Source of the DNA: Bacillota bacterium
GTDB lineage: Bacteria; Bacillota; Sulfobacillia; Sulfobacillales; JAIMBI01
Assembly (NCBI GenBank): GCA_021795575.1
Contig: JAJYPH010000002.1
Span: forward strand, 1-62,508
Length of the DNA: 62,508 nt
Reading direction: 5' to 3'
Numbering within the stretch: the first letter of the stretch is position 1; every line of letters starts with the position of its first letter. A model generated the notes under the pieces. That model saw only the letters and a program-made list of their open reading frames with translations, ran no database searches and had not been told where the DNA came from. This document shows positions 60,335-62,508 of the stretch, one piece after another. Position numbers and translations under genes: made by a program.

Positions 60335-60461
60335 GATCAGATTGTCTCGCCAAAACCGTGGCTGCTCCGACCCGGTCCCCTCCCCTCAGGGACGTCGGCC
60401 GACCCCTGTGCGGGTTCGTCGCCCGGCACCGGGATCCCTGCCAACGCGCCGTCCGGAAGTG

Positions 60462-60491
60462 GTCGGCCTCAAGAATGCGTCGAGGAGGCCG
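60462..60491 (-). terminator. 9-bp stem-loop spanning the GH18 stop codon
   Basis: The minus strand reads GTCGGCCTC-N12-GAGGCCGAC. There is no U-tract. Confidence 0.3.
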
Positions 60492-61638
60492 ACTTCTTCC
60501 GCGACGTGGCGATCTTGTGGGGCTTCGAGCCTGTTTGCGACGCAGACGGTTTCGTGCCCGTAGTCGAGGGGCTCGACTTCTTGGCCGTCGGCGTCTTGAC
60601 CGCGGTGGCGGCGGGCCCCTTGGCCGGAGCCGCGCCGATGGCTTTTTGGACCAGTGCCAGTGCAGGCCCTGTCTGGTAGCCCAGCCGCCAGATGCCCACC
60701 CCGCGGAGATGCTTGGACTGAGCCAGCTTGACTTTGGCGGCCAACCCCTGGGGGCTCTCGTACCAGAACACATAGCGCGTGCCGCTGGTGCCGGTGTACG
60801 TCCCCGTCATTTCCTGGTCCACCGCGTTGTACTTCGCGTGGGCCGACACCGCTGGGGGAATCGCGTTGAGCGGCAGGGTGGTGGCTTTGGTGGTCCCCGC
60901 CACCCATCGGTATCCGTAGAACGCGAGGCCGAGGTCTACGTGGGACGCGGGCACCACCGACAAGATGCGGGCGAGGCGGGCCGTCACCCAACTGGTCGCC
61001 GCCACCGGACCCGCCGCGCTCCCGGAGTCATGCTGGTCGTACGACATCAAGATGTACGCTGTCAGGTTGGGCGTCATGGCCTTGTAGTCGTAGGCACCGC
61101 CGGAGGCCGGTACCAGGTCGAGATAGAGCCCCTTCCCGGCGGGGGGCAGCCAGTCATGCAAGTCGGTCACGAAGGAGGCCAAGTCTGTCTTATACGCCAC
61201 GGCCGCCGGCTCGAAGTCCAGGTTGATGCCGGCGTAGTGATGGGTCCGCACCAGCGCCGACAGGCTTTTGGCGACCGCCAGCCGACCCGTCACGGAGGCG
61301 AGAAACGTCGGCCGACCCGCGAGGTTGACGATCGGGACCGCCTTCCAGTGCAGAGCGGCGGCCGAGCGGGCCGCCGCCGCATCCACGTGCGAGCGGAGGC
61401 CACCCGTCGGGTTCAGCGTATACCACAGGGGCGAAAAGACCGTGATGGAGTGGGGATATTTACTGGCCGGGGCCAGGCTCGCGTGTGCACCCTTGGCCCA
61501 GAACCCCACCGACTCGGTCAAACGGCCGCCGCCCGTGGGGGTGGGCTTCGCCACCCCACGGGGTGCGCCACACGCGGACAGGCCGGCCAGCACCAACATA
61601 CTGCCCGCCGCCACGACCCGCTGCTGCCACCGCTGCAT
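60469..61638 (-). CDS. Glycoside hydrolase family 18 lipoprotein with Lys/Ser/Thr/Pro-rich C-terminal tail
   Basis: Lipobox LVLAGLSAC. GH18 pattern GINLDFEPAA, MSYDQHDSGSAAGPVAA, FYGYRW. Tail ...PAKGPAATAVKTPTAKKSSPSTTGTKPSASQTGSKPHK.... Confidence 0.8.
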   Translation of the reverse strand: MQRWQQRVVAAGSMLVLAGLSACGAPRGVAKPTPTGGGRLTESVGFWAKGAHASLAPASKYPHSITVFSPLWYTLNPTGGLRSHVDAAAARSAAALHWKAVPIVNLAGRPTFLASVTGRLAVAKSLSALVRTHHYAGINLDFEPAAVAYKTDLASFVTDLHDWLPPAGKGLYLDLVPASGGAYDYKAMTPNLTAYILMSYDQHDSGSAAGPVAATSWVTARLARILSVVPASHVDLGLAFYGYRWVAGTTKATTLPLNAIPPAVSAHAKYNAVDQEMTGTYTGTSGTRYVFWYESPQGLAAKVKLAQSKHLRGVGIWRLGYQTGPALALVQKAIGAAPAKGPAATAVKTPTAKKSSPSTTGTKPSASQTGSKPHKIATSRKKSASSTHS

Positions 61639-61700
61639 GCAATCACCTCGGAGGCAGTATCCCACCGCCTGCCGCCATCATGCGGCCCATGACACGGCCC

Positions 61701-62483
61701 CTAGCGGCGCAGGCGGTGCAGCTCTCCCAGCAGGCGATCGTTCAAGATGCGGATGTGCGTCCCCTTCATACCCAGCGACCGGGACTCGATGACGCCGGCA
61801 CTCTCGAATTTGCGCAGCGCGTTGACGATCACCGACCGCGTGATGCCCACCCGATCCGCGATTTTCGAAGCCACCACGAGCCCCTCTTGCCCGTCCAAGG
61901 CATCAAAGATGTGCTGCACGGCTTCCAACTCGGAGTACGACAGGGTGCCCACCGCCACCTTGACGGCGGCCCGCCGACGGGCCTCTTCTTCAATCTCCTC
62001 GGAGCGGCCACGGATCATCTCCATGGCCACGATCGTCGCCGCGTACTCGGCCAGCAGCAGGTCCTGCTCGTCAAAGGCCCGCCCAAAGCGCGAAATCACC
62101 AACGTGCCCAGCCGGTCGCCGGCGCCATTGATTGGGATCAGCGTGGAAATCTTGTTTTCGTAGATGCAGGCCCGCTCGTGAAAAAACACGCACCGGCGCG
62201 CCTCCTGCGAGATGTTGGCGGACGTTTCCTCTACCTTTAAGAGGCCATTGTTGTAGGCCAGGGGAAACGCCTTCTTGCCCAGCACCTCCTGCAGCATGAT
62301 GCTGCACTCGAACGAATCCAGGAGTGCGTAGCCCAGCACGCTGCCGGTGCGCGTGACCACATACACGTTGGCCTCGATCAGATCCGACATCATTTCGGCC
62401 ATTTGCTCATAGTCCACGGCCTGTCCCGCGTTCTTTTGCAACAGCCGGTTGAGCCTGCGCGTCTTGTCCAACAAATCCAGCAT
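61701..62483 (-). CDS. codY: GTP-sensing pleiotropic transcriptional repressor CodY
   Basis: 260 aa. LLDKTRRLNRLLQ, a GAF-like domain, and the C-terminal HTH ASKIADRVGITRSVIVNALRKFESAGVIESRSLGMKGT. Confidence 0.96.
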   Translation of the reverse strand: MLDLLDKTRRLNRLLQKNAGQAVDYEQMAEMMSDLIEANVYVVTRTGSVLGYALLDSFECSIMLQEVLGKKAFPLAYNNGLLKVEETSANISQEARRCVFFHERACIYENKISTLIPINGAGDRLGTLVISRFGRAFDEQDLLLAEYAATIVAMEMIRGRSEEIEEEARRRAAVKVAVGTLSYSELEAVQHIFDALDGQEGLVVASKIADRVGITRSVIVNALRKFESAGVIESRSLGMKGTHIRILNDRLLGELHRLRR

Positions 62484-62508
62484 CCAATCCGCTCCCTTCG
62501 GCGCCCCT

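Noticed and set aside
1-62508. CRISPR arrays, rRNA and tRNA genes.
   Set aside because: No regularly spaced direct repeats were seen, nor any tRNA-like cloverleaf starts or rRNA-like conserved tracts. All sizeable intergenic regions were inspected by eye only, so small RNAs cannot be excluded.

Overview
This is a very GC-rich chromosomal segment; third codon positions are almost all G/C, which produces many long spurious antisense ORFs. The gene order is that of an endospore-forming Bacillota genome. In order, it carries a DEAD-box helicase 3' end, recA, recX, an orphan gene and ymdB. These are followed by a dipeptidase, a GH18 hydrolase, an S41-like peptidase, DedA and a tandem C-N hydrolase pair. 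Next come mutS-mutL-miaA, a SleB/LysM cortex-lytic enzyme, spoVK with a small GTPase and a ynbB-like gene, then lexA. After lexA lie a CPBP protease, gdh, a beta-oxidation trio, two ECF sigma/anti-sigma pairs, CDF/MFS/APC transporters, yajQ and a Fur-family regulator. The window ends with a MetE-like gene, a KNTase-like gene, a tetR plus DHA2 exporter pair, ctaG, a non-classical sdhA-sdhB-CCG subunit operon, a vapBC-like pair, hesB, a flippase, a second GH18 and codY. I saw no rRNA, tRNA or CRISPR array.

Two accessory regions stand out. The first is a decayed IS110 transposase fragment followed by a lower-GC islet of three exported proteins (about 4.9-7.3 kb). The second is a roughly 5.8 kb degenerate rolling-circle (Rep_1/pC194-type) plasmid-like element at about 45.2-51.0 kb. 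It is interrupted by an rve-type transposase and bracketed by diverged direct repeats made of the promoter and 5' end of two paralogous membrane-anchored genes.

The most interesting signals are:
- An in-frame TGA at the first Cys position of the CxxC motif of a thioredoxin-fold gene with a strong upstream SD (52177-52749, minus strand). This is a selenoprotein candidate, or else a fresh pseudogene.
- A chain of ATGA-coupled small ORFs sharing an HWH motif that recurs at the N-terminus of the Rep protein.
- A PIN toxin frameshifted in a G-run.
- A catalytic plus non-catalytic C-N hydrolase pair.
- Absence of rny and hfq from their usual slots.

All family calls rest on motif recognition by eye. 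No database search, HMM or folding calculation was run.
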